Assembly (NCBI RefSeq): GCF_011386835.1
Contig: NC_088792.1
Span: 40,176,001-40,240,000 of the forward strand
Length of the DNA: 64,000 nt
DNA from: Chrysemys picta bellii
Taxonomy: Eukaryota
Direction: 5' to 3'
Shown here: one piece after another, positions 62,058-64,000 of the stretch
Numbering within the stretch: the stretch's first letter is position 1
Layout of the letters: every line of letters begins with the position of its first letter
Made by a program: the position numbers and the translations under genes
Notes under the pieces: generated by a model
Told to the model about the DNA's origin: nothing
Database searches by the model: none
Seen by the model: only the letters and a program-made list of their open reading frames with translations

Positions 62058-64000
62058 TGAAATAAATTTGTTAGTCTCTATGGTGCCACAAGTACTCCTG
62101 TTCTTCTTACAACGTAATGAAATGACCATGGGGGGGAAAGCTCAATTCTGCCAATGTCTGTGCTTCTTATCTGACCTTTATAATCAGGATTCCCAAAGCC
62201 ACTGGTTCTGTAATATTCTGCAGCTAATTTTCCACCCTCAGCCTCGCATTTATTAGTGCAGTTTTACCTATAATCAGACAAGGCTTCAATGGCCTTTAAT
62301 GGGGTCTGAAAGCATCATCCATGCAATATTAAGGCTGAGATTTTCTATGCACAGAACTTAGAGCCATACCTTGGTGCTAGACTTCGTCGGAGACTGTGAA
62401 ATAAGATCTGAAAGGCCTAATATAGCTTCTCCATCCTTTTGCCCCCCCCCCCCTTTCTATTCCACAATCTAGCAGGCAGCACTAATAGTGCTGCAACCTG
62501 CAAGGATTGTTGGTGGATTAGGTGTGTACCTGCAAGTCTCTCTTTTATGTGTGCACATGCATAAGTGAACTGAATGTGTGGGACACTGTGGGCTTGATAA
62601 AATGCCCATTCAAATCAGTGAGTAGCTTTCCATCAGTTTCAATGGGTGTTGATCAAGCCCTAAGTGAGAACATATATTGCACAGATCCTTGGGTGATACT
62701 GCCCTTGTAACGGACTGGCAACAGGGACCAAAGTTAGGGTTTCTGTGAGGATCTTGTCTCTTAACTTTCATATATATAAAATCTTCAACTTAGGCTGCAT
62801 AACTTATTTGCATAGAATAGAAAGTGGATCCCTAAGGCCATCTAGTGAGCAAAAACCTAGACTGGATCTGAAATACTGCACTGTGACAAGCTCCCACCCT
62901 GCGCGAGGGGAAGGAGAACAGTAAGGTGGAAGCTTGGGAGGGAGGAACTAGCTGTCTCTCCCCCAACAGATTCTACCTACACCAGCTCAAAGGAGCTGAA
63001 GATGGAACATGGCAATTTTACTTTCTAGAGTCAAATTGAGTCTCTCCTCTTTATTGTAACCTCCAGCAAAATGTTAATACCAATAAACCACTGCATAATC
63101 CTGTGTCAAGGATGCAGTCACAAATGCTGTTTTGTTTCAGATTTAAAATCCATGTCACAGCTTTCACAGAGAAAACAGCTGTACCATTCGTTATTGTAAA
63201 TACGAAGTTGATGACAACAAAATCCCTGACTGCCTTATGCTTGCTTTCCCCACCATATTACTTTTTATATGCAGTGTGTCTGATAAGACCTTCCCCCTCC
63301 CCCCAAAAAATTTCTTCCTCCACCAACATACCATCATTCCTTACTGGAGATGCTGCAGCAACTAAATGTATCACACAGCATCATTGTCTTTTGTGTCATG
63401 GTGTGAAATGAGACAAAGAGGCCTAGGAACTTTGGCACATCTACCATCTACAATAGACATTTCAGTTTCCTGGAAGCTCTGGAAAAAAAAAAAAAGTAAG
63501 GTTGACCCCATAAACTTTTTTTTGAATATTTGATTGACTTAAAACATTTTTTTCCCCAATTAAACAAAACGTTTCCTTTGACCTGAAACCAAACCTTTTG
63601 CTTCAGTGTCAAGATTTATATGTAATTTATTTTTTAAATTGCAAATAAAATTGAAGGAAGGCACCTGCTGTTGGCAGCCCAGGGATAGGAGTGGGGGCAT
63701 CCGCTTTCAAAACTGCAATGGAAGCCTCATGTTGTGGAATCTGCAATTTCTGCAATATTGCAAGTGAAGTAGGGCCTTATTTACCGTGGATTTTCAGTTT
63801 CAGGTACTGAAACAGATAGGGCTCTTTTCCTTAATGCTCTTGATTTTCTTGGTATCACTAGAAGTTCCCCCCATAGACTGAGGGTGGTATGTAATGCTAA
63901 GAGTACTACTGACCTCCTTGAGTTTATTTATTCCATGATTAATTGTTACAATGAATGCTGCCCCTTTTTGCAGTATGTAGCAATCATTAATTCCCTGACA

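Larger units (their letters stand above)
58602..62109 (+). mobile_element. Penelope-like retroelement: ~0.9-kb inverted 3' arm (58602-59515) plus 5'-truncated direct copy (59516-62109)
   Basis: RT and GIY-YIG remnants; the left arm is the reverse complement of ~61256-62109 plus ~40 extra terminal nt; 11-bp TSD CAACGTAATGA (58591-58601 and 62110-62120). Confidence 0.93.

Noticed and set aside
28000-64000. Search for 3' exons of the expected upstream neighbour (MALRD1), including a DPVYG-like minus-strand stretch near 54230-54270
   Set aside because: No LDLa, EGF, transmembrane or NPxY exon was recognised by eye. The DPVYG stretch ends in a stop and lacks supporting context. A TBLASTN search would be decisive.
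1-64000. CRISPR arrays, rRNA genes, operons or other prokaryotic systems
   Set aside because: No repeat-spacer arrays or rRNA-like sequence were seen, and the DNA is eukaryotic intronic/intergenic sequence.

Overview
Vertebrate genomic DNA, very likely from a turtle (it carries a tortoise-type tRNA-derived SINE and other repeat types typical of turtles). It is mostly AT-rich non-coding sequence dense in transposons. One host-gene element is supported: a CpG island (~26.3-27.9 kb) with a minus-strand first coding exon at 26855-26963 (MASPRHGHLAAAALFLAQCLAARFQLVDGETARRPQ, then a GTAAG donor). This exon is absent from the ORF track and resembles the signal-peptide exon of PLXDC2. If that call holds, 1-26854 is intron 1 and everything above ~27.9 kb is upstream sequence. 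Mobile elements include a decayed Gmr1-type Gypsy element (SCAN-gag, protease, then integrase), several solo LTRs, a fossil hAT transposase with nested insertions, many hAT/Harbinger/Tigger-type MITEs, MIR-like SINEs and a 3.5-kb Penelope-like element. The Penelope system is the most notable part: inverted arms, two minimal hammerhead ribozyme motifs, a 26-bp micro-inversion in RT, a GIY-YIG frameshift shared by both arms, and a separate 85-bp micro-insertion with the same termini. I found no convincing evidence of a wholly new biological system. All calls come from reading the sequence by eye, and family names come from recall rather than database searches.
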